Shown here piece by piece: positions 1-8,805 of a stretch of DNA of 64,000 bases. How positions within the stretch are numbered: position 1 is the stretch's first letter; every line of letters begins with the position of its first letter. The position numbers and the translations under genes were made by a program. The notes beneath the pieces were generated by a model, which searched no databases, was not told the DNA's origin, and saw only the letters and a program-made list of their open reading frames with translations. Source of the DNA: a virus; the IMG/VR virus record IMGVR_UViG_3300031911_000004, positions 541 to 64,540 of that record; one strand, 5' to 3'.

Positions 1-154
1 GCTTTGGCGTCTTGGTGATCGCCGTCATGGCGATGCGTAGGAACCGATCTGGCGTCAGATGGTTTGGCAGCGCTTTGGCTATCTGCTCGCGAATGACCTC
101 CTTTGAAAGAAGGGCGCGGAGATCGGATGTTTTGTTAGCAAGTTGTTGATTCAT
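1..154 (-). CDS. recT: RecT-family ssDNA annealing protein, N-terminal part (runs off window start)
   Basis: Manual translation from ATG at 154: MNQQLANKTSDLRALLSKEVIREQIAKALPNHLTPDRFLRIAMTAITKTPK, a typical RecT N-terminus (IAKALP-H-TPDRF-RIA); the matching C-terminus lies at the other end of the window. Confidence 0.88.
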   Translation of the reverse strand, partial: MNQQLANKTSDLRALLSKEVIREQIAKALPNHLTPDRFLRIAMTAITKTPK

Positions 155-173
155 AAATACATGATTGGTTTAA

Positions 174-198
174 TGTGCGTTAATCAGTCGCACCCCTG
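174..198 (-). promoter_or_regulatory. Putative mini-pseudoknot leader element, copy A (upstream of recT)
   Basis: - strand CAG-GG-GTGCG-A-CTG-ATTAA-CGCAC; related copies at 1432-1454 and 48048-48074. Confidence 0.5.
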
Positions 199-215
199 AA
201 TTGCATATTGCAATA

Positions 216-1403
216 CTACAAGGTTGCCGCCTTGGTCTCGATCCACTTGGCAAAACTCTCGACCTTTTCAGCGATGTCGGCGGCGACGGAACGGGCCTCG
301 GTGGATGTGACGACAGGAACCGTGAGGGTACGAACCTGAGCAGCGAAGGCGCGGAGTTTGTCGGCTTCTGGCGCGAGTGCGGCCTTCTTAGCGGAAGCTT
401 CCTCGGCGCGGCGCTTTGCGTCTTCCGCTTTCTTGCGCTCGACCGCCTCCCGCTCAAGCTTCTCCCGCGCGGCACGCTCCTGGGCCAGCTTGAGTTCTGA
501 GGCCTTACGCTCCGCTTCAGCCTTTGCGTTGGCGATGCGCTGCTCTTCAGCAGCTTTCGCGAGCGCCTCTTGACGAAGCTTTTCAGCCTTGTCACGCTCA
601 GCTTTGAGCGCAGCTTCAGCAGCTTCACGCTCCTTGCGCACCTTCTCTTCAGCGGCCTTGCGCTCCGCCTCAAGCTTCTCCTGCGCGGCTTTCGCCTCGG
701 CCTCCGCCTTGAGACGGGCGGCTTCGCGCAAAGCCTGCTCAGCCTCGGCTTTCACGCGAGCTTCTTTGGCTTCACGGCGCAGGCGCTCATTCTCGACCTT
801 GATGCGCTCACGCTCTTCAGCCTCGGCCTTCTCCGCTGCAATGCGAGCCTCTTCGGCTTTGCGCACCTCTTCTTCCTTGCGGGCTTTGGAGGTTTTTGCG
901 CCCTCCAAAAGCATGGAGAACTGATCGTCGGTCATGTCGGCCAATCCAGTCACGGGGCCAGTCTGATCGTAGTACGGAGACAACTCTGTATGGCGGCGGT
1001 CCAGTCTCTCGGCACGCTCACGCTCAGCCTGGCGCTCGGCAAACTTCTCCTGCTCCAAGAGATATTCCTCAATAGGTTCGATGAGATACTTCGCGATGTT
1101 GGCGAGGCCGTCGATTGCCTTACCTTTGCGAAGGGAATCCTCTTTCAAGCCCTTGCGCTTGCTCTCCACATTGATGCGAATCTCGCGCAGAGCGAGGCGG
1201 CATTCGCGGGCAAGCTTCATCTCGCGAGTCTGCGAAATGTCGGTCACCTTGATGGCTTCGGCTTTGAGTCGCCATTCTTCAGCTTGAATGAACATAGGCT
1301 CGAATGCAGCGCGGAGGCTGGAGCCGGTTTCAATAGTCAGTCCGTTGGAGAGAATGATCTCGTCCACTTGGGCGAGGGGTGTAGATAGTGATGTATTGCT
1401 CAT
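216..1403 (-). CDS. Coiled-coil phage protein of the recombination module
   Basis: 395 aa; conserved-looking N-terminal segment (RLALREIRINVESKRKGLKEDSLRKGKAIDG) followed by a long E/A/K/R coiled coil. Confidence 0.7.
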   Translation of the reverse strand: MSNTSLSTPLAQVDEIILSNGLTIETGSSLRAAFEPMFIQAEEWRLKAEAIKVTDISQTREMKLARECRLALREIRINVESKRKGLKEDSLRKGKAIDGLANIAKYLIEPIEEYLLEQEKFAERQAERERAERLDRRHTELSPYYDQTGPVTGLADMTDDQFSMLLEGAKTSKARKEEEVRKAEEARIAAEKAEAEERERIKVENERLRREAKEARVKAEAEQALREAARLKAEAEAKAAQEKLEAERKAAEEKVRKEREAAEAALKAERDKAEKLRQEALAKAAEEQRIANAKAEAERKASELKLAQERAAREKLEREAVERKKAEDAKRRAEEASAKKAALAPEADKLRAFAAQVRTLTVPVVTSTEARSVAADIAEKVESFAKWIETKAATL

Positions 1404-1431
1404 ACTGTTTATATTAAGTACTATTGATTGA

Positions 1432-1454
1432 TGCGCGTTACAGCCGCGCCCCTG
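1432..1454 (-). promoter_or_regulatory. Putative mini-pseudoknot leader element, copy B
   Basis: - strand CAG-GG-GCGCG-G-CTG-TAA-CGCGC; compensatory change relative to copy A. Confidence 0.5.
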
Positions 1455-1463
1455 TTTGGTTTG

Positions 1464-1829
1464 TTACTTTGCAGGCTGTTGGGCGTCTCTCATCATGAGT
1501 CGAACACGAAGCTCGCCAAGATATTTGACGGCATCAAGCGTGCTCCACGCATGTATGCAGAACTCGGACTTCGTAGTGTTGTCATCAGTCAAGTCTGACG
1601 CAGAAAGTCCGGTGTCGGTCCAGTCAATAGATATGACTCGTTTCCTACACCCGATCTCAATCCATCCCCACTCGGTTTTAATGAACCACCATACTCCACG
1701 GGGCGGCTTTTGCCAGAAGTCCTCGTGCTCTGGTTGTGAGCCATACCCATCAATCAACGGTTTGACGCCGTTGGTGCGGAACCCAGCCAGAATAAAGATG
1801 GACTCCGCTTGCTTCTGTTCCATGTGCAT
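1464..1829 (-). CDS. Hypothetical phage protein
   Basis: 121-aa ORF, Trp-rich motif (WWFIKTEWGWIEIGCRKRVISIDW), in operon context. Confidence 0.65.
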   Translation of the reverse strand: MHMEQKQAESIFILAGFRTNGVKPLIDGYGSQPEHEDFWQKPPRGVWWFIKTEWGWIEIGCRKRVISIDWTDTGLSASDLTDDNTTKSEFCIHAWSTLDAVKYLGELRVRLMMRDAQQPAK

Positions 1830-1846
1830 ACTTTTGGTTGGTTGAA

Positions 1847-2203
1847 CTACTCCGGAGTGACTGCCCAGCCGCCAGGATTGCCGAGAGGGACGTGATCCAT
1901 CTCAGGGAGTCCGGCTTTGCGCTGTTTGGCGTTGAACCGGGTGAGGGCGGTGGCGCGGGCAGTCCACATGAGGAAGATTTCCTTGCGACGCGCCTTTTTA
2001 TCGAGCCGATACGCCTCGGCATAGGTCATGCCGCGAGTGTTTCGGAAGCACGGCGACGGCTGACGGGCAGGCATGGCGCGGAATCCGTTCAGCATCCGCT
2101 GGCGGGTCGCACGGTTCTTGCCGCGCTGAGGCGCATGGGACTCAATGACGGCGATGTCACGGGCTTGTTCAGGTGATACTTCGATGGTTTCGCGGTGTCT
2201 CAT
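1847..2203 (-). CDS. Hypothetical basic protein
   Basis: Likely start MRHRETIEV at 2203, just after the upstream stop. Confidence 0.5.
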   Translation of the reverse strand: MRHRETIEVSPEQARDIAVIESHAPQRGKNRATRQRMLNGFRAMPARQPSPCFRNTRGMTYAEAYRLDKKARRKEIFLMWTARATALTRFNAKQRKAGLPEMDHVPLGNPGGWAVTPE

Positions 2204-2210
2204 GGTTTTA

Positions 2211-2609
2211 CTATTCGGGTTGGGGAAAGAATGCACTGACATCTGGCTTTTTCGGCCAGTTGGTGATGATGCCGTTGGCGTCGATCTGGAGGGTGACATA
2301 ATCGCCGTACTGTCCGGGGATGACACCATGGGGAACGTAGTCATTCTCAATGGAGGCAACTTCCTCGCCTGCATGGTTTAGGAGACGATAGGTGCCGCTG
2401 TCGCAGACCTTCATACACTCAATTTCGCCGACTATTCCTTTCGGCCATCCCTGAATCTCTCCGTTGTCGATGGCGACAATGACTTTCCACACGTCATCTT
2501 CACGAAGGGGGAAGTCATTCGGAATGTCCTCCTCTTCATACCTGACTGGCAGCACGACGCGAATGAACGCGATGTCCACCTCCTGTTGAATCCAAACTTT
2601 TGCTTTCAT
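2211..2609 (-). CDS. Conserved phage hypothetical protein
   Basis: Start MKAKVW at 2609 overlaps the upstream stop; motif KVCDSGTY...YVP...YGDY. Confidence 0.65.
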   Translation of the reverse strand: MKAKVWIQQEVDIAFIRVVLPVRYEEEDIPNDFPLREDDVWKVIVAIDNGEIQGWPKGIVGEIECMKVCDSGTYRLLNHAGEEVASIENDYVPHGVIPGQYGDYVTLQIDANGIITNWPKKPDVSAFFPQPE

Positions 2610-2911
2610 GGTTGTTTTGGCTGGTTTCTGAATGCGGTGAATTGACTGAGTGTGATCCGGCCTTTCTCGGTGAGAGCCAGAATGACTGCCCTCCTGTTTT
2701 TCGTTGTCTTCCTGTAAACGAGTTTCATCTCGACCATCCGTTGCACGAGCGATGTCATTGCCGCAGACAATACTCCGATGAGTGGGTGAATCTGCTTGAG
2801 TTTCATCGGCTCCACGGCATCCCGGATCGTCATGAGGATTGCGAGTCCTCCGATTGAGAGACCGTGCTTGCGGCAGAAGCGGGCCGTCAGTTGTATTTCC
2901 TCGGCGGTCAT
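2606..2911 (-). CDS. MarR-family winged-helix regulator
   Basis: GLSIGGLAILMTI...SAAMTSLVQRMVEMKLVYR...NRRAVILALTEKG is a MarR signature. Confidence 0.8.
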   Translation of the reverse strand: MTAEEIQLTARFCRKHGLSIGGLAILMTIRDAVEPMKLKQIHPLIGVLSAAMTSLVQRMVEMKLVYRKTTKNRRAVILALTEKGRITLSQFTAFRNQPKQP

Positions 2912-3216
2912 TTCGCGAGTTCGACGATGCACGGTTGAGTGGGGCGTCCAAGCTCCTTGTTGAGAGTCATGAACTCGCGGGCCAGGGTCTGGATGGCGGA
3001 TTCGGATTTGGACTTCCTCTCCGTCTTCTGTGGCATCAAGCCCATGTCGCGCCGAAGGTTTGAGACATTGGCGTTGTTCACGGGGAACCCCAGTGCAATG
3101 GTCGCCTGCCGAGCAAGTTCTTCAGCTTTCGTCCCCTGCGTTACCTGATGGTCTTTGTCAAGGAAGTTGTAGAGTTTGACTGATTGAACGGTGGTAAGAG
3201 TATTTCGCGTGATCAT
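2908..3216 (-). CDS. Hypothetical, possibly DNA-binding protein
   Basis: Likely start MITRNTL downstream of the tRNA; helix-turn-helix-like segment. Confidence 0.5.
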   Translation of the reverse strand: MITRNTLTTVQSVKLYNFLDKDHQVTQGTKAEELARQATIALGFPVNNANVSNLRRDMGLMPQKTERKSKSESAIQTLAREFMTLNKELGRPTQPCIVELAK

Positions 3217-3244
3217 ACTGGATTGCTTAGTATTTGGTTTTGAA

Positions 3245-3320
3245 TGGAAGCCCCCGGCCCGAATCGAACGGGCAACCAGCATATTACGAGTATGCCGCTC
3301 TACCATTGAGCTACAGGGGC
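3245..3320 (-). tRNA. tRNA-Thr(CGT)
   Basis: Cloverleaf: acceptor GCCCCTG/CGGGGGC, D arm GCTC-AATGGTA-GAGC, anticodon arm GCATA-CTCGTAA-TATGC, T arm GCCCG-TTCGATT-CGGGC; 3' end reads T-TCCA. Confidence 0.93.
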
Positions 3321-3475
3321 GATTGGTTACAGGCACATGTAGGCGATGATTCCAAGGCTGAGGATCAGGATGGAGGCCGCTTTGATGCAGCCGTCTTGCT
3401 CCTGCCTGATGGGACGGCGGTCGTCATCATTGAGGATCACCCTGTCCCTGATGTTGAAGTATTTGGGCTCTTTGC

Positions 3476-3661
3476 TCACGCGGGCTTCCCTCCTTTCTTC
3501 CTTGCGGGTTTCAGGTCGGGGGCGATTCCAGTTTGAACGAGAGCGTGAGCCGTCGTGCGGATATTGCTCCGACCAGAGCTTGTGGTGATGCCGAGGCGCT
3601 TGGACGTTCGCCCAATGGCCTCGTATTCGGACGGCGTGAGTGATATTGTGATGGATGGCAT
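3476..3661 (-). CDS. Small putative DNA-binding protein (ribbon-helix-helix-like)
   Basis: MPSITISLTPSEYEAIGRTSKRLGI; first gene after the leftward promoter. Confidence 0.5.
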   Translation of the reverse strand: MPSITISLTPSEYEAIGRTSKRLGITTSSGRSNIRTTAHALVQTGIAPDLKPARKKGGKPA

Positions 3662-3762
3662 AGTGCCGATTTTGCATCATTGTTCTAATCGCGCAAGTAA
3701 TCATTTTAATAATCTGATTCTTTTTTCTTGCCAAGTCGCGGGAAGGGTGGATGATGGCGAAT
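3662..3762. promoter_or_regulatory. Divergent sigma70-like promoter pair
   Basis: Leftward TTGCGC-N16-CAAAAT-N7-ATG(3661); rightward TTGCCA-N16-GATGAT-N7-ATG(3763); AT-rich spacer between them. Confidence 0.6.
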
Positions 3763-3984
3763 ATGAGCGAACAGACAACCAACCGTAAAGACGTGCTGCT
3801 GCGAGCCGCCTTCGATCTACTCAAGCGGGCGAAGATGTCTCGCTACGTTCTTCATGCACCTGAAATCGTTGTCAGGTATGATGAAGCCAATTGCGACGGG
3901 TCTTGTTTGATGGAAGACATCGCCATCGAATTGGACATCGACACCACCTCAGACCCAATCCCACTTGGAAAGGATGACGAATGA
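3763..3984 (+). CDS. Hypothetical phage protein
   Basis: First gene of the + strand cluster; YDEANCDGSCLMEDI motif. Confidence 0.6.
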   Translation: MSEQTTNRKDVLLRAAFDLLKRAKMSRYVLHAPEIVVRYDEANCDGSCLMEDIAIELDIDTTSDPIPLGKDDE

Positions 3985-4886
3985 GCAATCCACAATTTGA
4001 CGAAGAGTGCCAGAAGGCGGAAGCGGAGAAGACCGCCAGGAAGAAGCCACTGAGCACCAAAGAAGCGTTTGCGCAATGGTGGGAGAAGCATGGCAAACCT
4101 CCTCATGGGGTGTCAACATCCTACTCGCAGAACTTCGCCTTCCAGTGTGCTTTCAACGCCGGAGCACAACACCAAGAGAACGTCCAGATTGCCGCACTGG
4201 TGGACATCCGAGAGGCCATCGGGGATAAGGATGGCCGTTTGATGTCCGATGAGGTGGTCCAGAAAGTCATCCAGTTGCAGGCTGATAATGCCTGCCTCAT
4301 GCAAAAAGCAGACATGCTTTTCAACATTGAGGAATCGCTCCTTGATGCGCTTCAGCACAAGGTCATGCGGTCAGATGTTGCTGCGGCAGCTTGCCCTCGC
4401 ATTGCTAAACTGGAGGCTGAGAGCACACGGTTGAGGGATGCGTTGGAGCCCCTCGTGTCAGCGTGCGAAGAGGAGTTCGCAGGGCCGTCCACTGATGGTT
4501 TTGATGATGAAACATCCGTGGGCGGAGGTGAAGATGGAGAGATGACGATCACATTCGGCATGATCCGCCGCTGTCGCAAAGCCCTCGCCAACCATATTGT
4601 TGACGCCAACAAAATGGTGCCACCGGACAGGGTTGTTGAGTTGGAGGAAGCTCTTCGACTCATGCTGCCCATGGCAAAGGGGTACGCTGCCGAGCATCCA
4701 GTTGGCAGGAATCGTGAGATGGTTATTGATGCTGAGAATGCTTTGGCTGGAACTCTGGTCCAGGGTGATAGCAGCAACCCTTTCCAAGCCTTGACGACTG
4801 AAAAATGCCTTGAACTGGCTGATATGGAGGGTGATCACAACCCTCTTGCGATCAGTCCTGATCTGGATGGAAAGGAGGGGGCGTGA
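3981..4886 (+). CDS. Hypothetical mosaic phage protein
   Basis: 301 aa; ATGA-type overlaps with neighbours; coiled-coil segments. Confidence 0.65.
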   Translation: MSNPQFDEECQKAEAEKTARKKPLSTKEAFAQWWEKHGKPPHGVSTSYSQNFAFQCAFNAGAQHQENVQIAALVDIREAIGDKDGRLMSDEVVQKVIQLQADNACLMQKADMLFNIEESLLDALQHKVMRSDVAAAACPRIAKLEAESTRLRDALEPLVSACEEEFAGPSTDGFDDETSVGGGEDGEMTITFGMIRRCRKALANHIVDANKMVPPDRVVELEEALRLMLPMAKGYAAEHPVGRNREMVIDAENALAGTLVQGDSSNPFQALTTEKCLELADMEGDHNPLAISPDLDGKEGA

Positions 4887-5167
4887 AGAACTACACTAAC
4901 TCCCAAATCAAAAGCATAGTTCGTCGTCTCTGCAAGATTGGGAAAGAGATGGAGGATTTGCGGATTGGCCTGATGTCTGGAAACTGCAATGACAATGCCT
5001 TTCTCGTGGATGAAGAGACAGGTGAAGTTCTTGGCGGCATTATAGGCCCAGAGGGAGTTTGGAAGGGCGGAGATCCTCCCACCTACAAACGAAATGGGAA
5101 GTTATACTGTCCAGATTACAGCCCAGAAGCTGAGTCGTTTTTCAAAACTCTACCAAAGACACCATGA
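4883..5167 (+). CDS. Hypothetical protein
   Basis: 94-aa ORF overlapping the upstream stop. Confidence 0.55.
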   Translation: MKNYTNSQIKSIVRRLCKIGKEMEDLRIGLMSGNCNDNAFLVDEETGEVLGGIIGPEGVWKGGDPPTYKRNGKLYCPDYSPEAESFFKTLPKTP

Positions 5168-5343
5168 GCATCTTCGTCACCACCCTATTCTTCCTCCTCT
5201 GGTCTGTCATCCCGACTGCCGTGGAGGGCATCACTAACGCCGCCAAGGTCATCGGCATGATCCTCATCATCCCCACTCTCTGGATGCTGGTCATCAAGGT
5301 TGACCGGATGAGGACCAGCCGTAGGGAAGGGAGGCCAGCGTGA
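5164..5343 (+). CDS. Small membrane protein (not in ORF track)
   Basis: MSIFVTTLFFLLWSVIPTAVEGITNAAKVIGMILIIPTLWMLVIKVDRMRTSRREGRPA; two hydrophobic segments; ATGA overlap. Confidence 0.5.
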   Translation: MSIFVTTLFFLLWSVIPTAVEGITNAAKVIGMILIIPTLWMLVIKVDRMRTSRREGRPA

Positions 5344-5371
5344 ACCCTGAAGACATTCGATTCCAACCGAG

Positions 5372-5629
5372 ATGAACTGGCACAAGGCAACCAAGAAACC
5401 TCGCATTGTCGAGTGGGTGTGGGTTCTCTCCAGATGTGGCGAAAATCCTCACAAGCTGACTATGACCAAGGGCCTCGCTGAGACTTGGTACAACGGCAAG
5501 GACGGTTGGTGTGTCACACCATTCGGAGGTGGTACGATGCTTCCAGATCGCGACTTCTTCGCCTGGGTGTATGATGAGGAATGTGACCTACCTACTCACA
5601 CATCCCCCGATTTGACGAAAACTGACTGA
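5372..5629 (+). CDS. Hypothetical phage protein
   Basis: 85-aa Trp-rich ORF. Confidence 0.55.
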   Translation: MNWHKATKKPRIVEWVWVLSRCGENPHKLTMTKGLAETWYNGKDGWCVTPFGGGTMLPDRDFFAWVYDEECDLPTHTSPDLTKTD

Positions 5630-5757
5630 TGACCAGCAAACCCAAACGACGAAAGGAAAAAGCCATGAAACCCAATCCAACCTACCCTGTCGGATTCCGC
5701 TGGCTCGAAGGGCTGCAAAAGCCTGTGCCAGATGAACCCCTTCGCCCGATCAAGACG

Positions 5758-6264
5758 ATGATGCGGACTCTCCTGGTCATTCCCCTGCTACTCTCCTGCA
5801 CGGCCTTCGGGGAGGATCTCCACCTTGCAAAAGGCGGGATGCTCTCCGGGGAGTTGGGCCGGGTGACTACCGAGTCAGTCGAGATCGTGACCACCATCGG
5901 GAGAACCTGGGTGTCGCCCGCCGACCTGACCGCCGAGACCCGCGCCCGTCTGGGCATCGGGACCGCCGCAGACAACGCCGTCGCCGCCGAGCAGAAGCGG
6001 ATCGCCGAGGACAAGGCCAGCTTTGAGCGGCGCATGCGCATCGCGCTCCTTGAGGCGCGTGTCGAGGCTCAAGACCGCGCAGATGTTGACCGACGCGCCA
6101 GAGAGGCTGCAAATGCGCAGAAAGCGGCAGCAAACGAGGCTCGACGCCAGTCTGAGGCGTTGGAGGCACTGGAACGCGAACTCATCATCCGAAACCTGCA
6201 AGAGCAAGCGCGATACGGCCCGGTCTGGATCTCTCGGGAGCTTGCTGAGAAGCTGAAGCGGTAA
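5758..6264 (+). CDS. Secreted/periplasmic protein with signal peptide and coiled coil
   Basis: MMRTLLVIPLLLSCTAFG signal peptide; small beta domain (LAKGGMLSGELGRVTTESVEIVT...ADLTAETRARLG) of a kind common in Verrucomicrobia/Planctomycetes. Confidence 0.6.
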   Translation: MMRTLLVIPLLLSCTAFGEDLHLAKGGMLSGELGRVTTESVEIVTTIGRTWVSPADLTAETRARLGIGTAADNAVAAEQKRIAEDKASFERRMRIALLEARVEAQDRADVDRRAREAANAQKAAANEARRQSEALEALERELIIRNLQEQARYGPVWISRELAEKLKR

Positions 6265-6268
6265 GGCC

Positions 6269-6763
6269 ATGCAATCCACCGAACCAATCACAGAGGAATG
6301 GTTGAAGTCTGTCGGCTTCAAGTGGCATCAATTCTACCGTCAACCCGGCAAGCATTGGCTGCTTTGGATGGGTTCAGTCAAGCCGAGGGGGTTCAACGGA
6401 ACGGAGGATCTGGGAATTGAGGTTGCGTTCAGCCGGGACAATGAATGGTTCTGCTGGCTGCGGTCAGACACAGCGCATCGGTACAGCCGATTCATCCACA
6501 TCAGACACATCACGTCGCAGTCAGATGTCATATCGCTCGTAGAGGCATGCACTGGCGTGCCGTGGTGCCCTGAAAACCATCTATACGGATCGGTTCATTG
6601 TCAGGAGCATGCCGATTCAATCCGAAGGGATGATGAACGACTCGACCGCCGCATGCTTCGCGAAGGTCACCCATGGAAAGACTCAGAGAAAGATCCGACG
6701 CAAGGTCGCCCGCTGGCTGAGCATCTTGATGTTGCCGAAAAGGTTCGCGAGAACCTGCAATAA
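6269..6763 (+). CDS. Hypothetical phage protein
   Basis: PITEEWLKSVGF N-terminal motif is common in phage proteins. Confidence 0.65.
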   Translation: MQSTEPITEEWLKSVGFKWHQFYRQPGKHWLLWMGSVKPRGFNGTEDLGIEVAFSRDNEWFCWLRSDTAHRYSRFIHIRHITSQSDVISLVEACTGVPWCPENHLYGSVHCQEHADSIRRDDERLDRRMLREGHPWKDSEKDPTQGRPLAEHLDVAEKVRENLQ

Positions 6764-6867
6764 TTCCCGCGCACAACCACCCGATTCTAACGATTTTCAA
6801 CAGTCCGTAATAATTTCTAACAACGCGGCATCGGGTCATGCTCGGTGCCGCTTATCCAAACAAGCAT

Positions 6868-7011
6868 ATGACTGTCAGAGAACTCATTCAAGCGTTAGAA
6901 TCAATGCCAAGTGAAGCGGACGTTCTAGTCCCATCCCGAACAGGCGGGTGGAGCTTTGTCAATGAAGTGGATGTGGACGAAGATGATGAAGACATTGTGA
7001 AGATCGACTAA
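6868..7011 (+). CDS. Small acidic phage protein (not in ORF track)
   Basis: MTVRELIQALESMPSEADVLV...; MTV.ELI..L start is a common phage family motif. Confidence 0.6.
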   Translation: MTVRELIQALESMPSEADVLVPSRTGGWSFVNEVDVDEDDEDIVKID

Positions 7012-7024
7012 CCCACCCCACCCC

Positions 7025-7174
7025 ATGAGATTCCTGAAAGACATCGGGCGACTGTCCGACCACCACGCCGACAAACCACTCCACAAACACTGGCAAATCG
7101 TCCTGGCGGTCGCGATGATCGTGGGAGCCTTCGCCGGGTTCGTTTGGATCGCGTACAAGATTCCAATGCAATGA
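7025..7174 (+). CDS. Small membrane protein (not in ORF track)
   Basis: MRFLKDIG...WQIVLAVAMIVGAFAGFVWIAYKIPMQ, one TM helix. Confidence 0.5.
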   Translation: MRFLKDIGRLSDHHADKPLHKHWQIVLAVAMIVGAFAGFVWIAYKIPMQ

Positions 7175-7479
7175 CTGACCTTGAAACATTCGCCCTATTC
7201 CTTCCTCCAAGGAAAGCCCCGTCCACATCGGACTATCAGAAAACACCGCTTGGCGTGGTCAGGTGGACGGGTGACAGATTCAAAAGTCCACCCTCAAGGG
7301 AGGAAGTGACAGCGAGTGGCTTCAGCATGTTTAAATGGTGGAATGAGAATGCGGTTCAACGGTACTCTATCCATGGATCACTCGTGAGGTATTCACGAGA
7401 ATATGAAGAGGCACCGTTTGAGTTGTGCATACTGTACACTGGAGAAATTACAACGCCAGTAGACAGCGGTTTCGACTGA
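7171..7479 (+). CDS. Hypothetical protein
   Basis: Start MTDLETF overlaps the upstream stop. Confidence 0.5.
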   Translation: MTDLETFALFLPPRKAPSTSDYQKTPLGVVRWTGDRFKSPPSREEVTASGFSMFKWWNENAVQRYSIHGSLVRYSREYEEAPFELCILYTGEITTPVDSGFD

Positions 7480-7531
7480 TGGTTTCTTTTTCCTTGCGTG
7501 GAAATGCCTAAAATTGTAGCCGTTCATACGG

Positions 7532-8092
7532 ATGTCCACTGGCAACACCACCAACGACAGGCTGACAAAGCTTGAATCCGGCTTGGCCAACATCAGCCAA
7601 GAGGTGGCGAACATTCGCTCGGACATCGCTTCACTTGCTCAGGCACAAAATGCCTCACGCATCACAAACTGGCCCCTCGTCATGACGATCATTGGCGCAG
7701 GGGCCGCTGTTTTGGGCGGATTGTACAGTACCCTTGCCAGCCGCCAGGAAAACATGTCACTCAAGGCAGAGTTGGAGATGGTGCGATATGTGCAACCCGT
7801 TGTCGTCTCCTCAGAACAATCAAAGGCAGACCGGGGAATGCTTCATGACCGCGTACAGGACAACAACACGAAGCTGACAGCTCTTGCTGGCAAAGTGGAC
7901 GCTCACTATGCCGAGGCTCGCTCCACCGTTGCAGAAATCGAGGCGCAATTCCGCAACGTCGGCAACACCCAGAACCTCCGCTATCAAGAGATATCCAGGC
8001 TACTCGGGCTACTCTGGCAGAAGGCGTACAACGAGCCGCTTCCTCCACCATCTTTCTACCCTGACGCGCATCGGGACATCATGCAGAGGTGA
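7532..8092 (+). CDS. Membrane-anchored coiled-coil protein
   Basis: TM segment WPLVMTIIGAGAAVLGGLY flanked by coiled coils. Confidence 0.65.
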   Translation: MSTGNTTNDRLTKLESGLANISQEVANIRSDIASLAQAQNASRITNWPLVMTIIGAGAAVLGGLYSTLASRQENMSLKAELEMVRYVQPVVVSSEQSKADRGMLHDRVQDNNTKLTALAGKVDAHYAEARSTVAEIEAQFRNVGNTQNLRYQEISRLLGLLWQKAYNEPLPPPSFYPDAHRDIMQR

Positions 8093-8136
8093 AAATAGGC
8101 TTGCAAATCTTGCGCTAGACGTGATGGTTGAGGGGT

Positions 8137-8412
8137 ATGGACGCCAAAGAACGAGAAGTTATTGAAGACGTATTGTCCGACATTGAGGATGATATAAAGA
8201 CGGATGGCTGGGTTGAAATGCCAGCGAGAAACATTGCTCCTCTAGCCCGCTTCGCCCGTCAGCAACTCAACATGACGCAGAAGATTGACGCATTCCGCAA
8301 GGCTATCATTGAGGCTGGCGGAGTGAAACTTCACATTCCCGTTGAGCATTCTGTGAAAGTCGAGTCACTATTCATGGCATTGTTCACCACAGAACCGAAG
8401 GAGGTAGAATGA
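8137..8412 (+). CDS. Hypothetical protein with its own promoter
   Basis: TTGCAA-N16-GATGGT-N8-ATG at 8101-8139. Confidence 0.55.
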   Translation: MDAKEREVIEDVLSDIEDDIKTDGWVEMPARNIAPLARFARQQLNMTQKIDAFRKAIIEAGGVKLHIPVEHSVKVESLFMALFTTEPKEVE

Positions 8413-8651
8413 GCACTCGCCAAAATGCTAAGTGGCGGAGGAAGGCGCGTATCCGGTTGCTCGCTAGGGACGGCGCGAACGTGACTTGTTTCTGGTGTAA
8501 GAGACCTCTATTCATTCACATGAATGGGCAGGGTGACCCGGACTATGCGACCATTGAGCACAAAATCCGTCTTGCTGATGGCGGAACAAACAGACTTCAA
8601 AATCTCACGTGGTCTTGTCCAAAGTGCAACCACACGCGTCACACATCATGA
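8409..8651 (+). CDS. HNH endonuclease
   Basis: CFWC...TIEHKI...GGTNRLQNLTWSCPKCNH. Confidence 0.85.
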   Translation: MSTRQNAKWRRKARIRLLARDGANVTCFWCKRPLFIHMNGQGDPDYATIEHKIRLADGGTNRLQNLTWSCPKCNHTRHTS

Positions 8652-8803
8652 GTGAAAAAGAACAGATCAACAGGTTCTCAAAAGAACTGGTGGCGCTCAT
8701 TGACCGATACCGGGCTGAATACGAACTCACGTTGGCATCAGCGGTTGGTGTACTTGAAGTCGTGAAGCACGAACTTATCCACGAGCAAATCAAGGAGGAG
8801 TAG
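8648..8803 (+). CDS. Small hypothetical protein
   Basis: MSEKEQINRF...; ATGA overlap. Confidence 0.5.
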   Translation: MSEKEQINRFSKELVALIDRYRAEYELTLASAVGVLEVVKHELIHEQIKEE

Positions 8804-8805
8804 GT

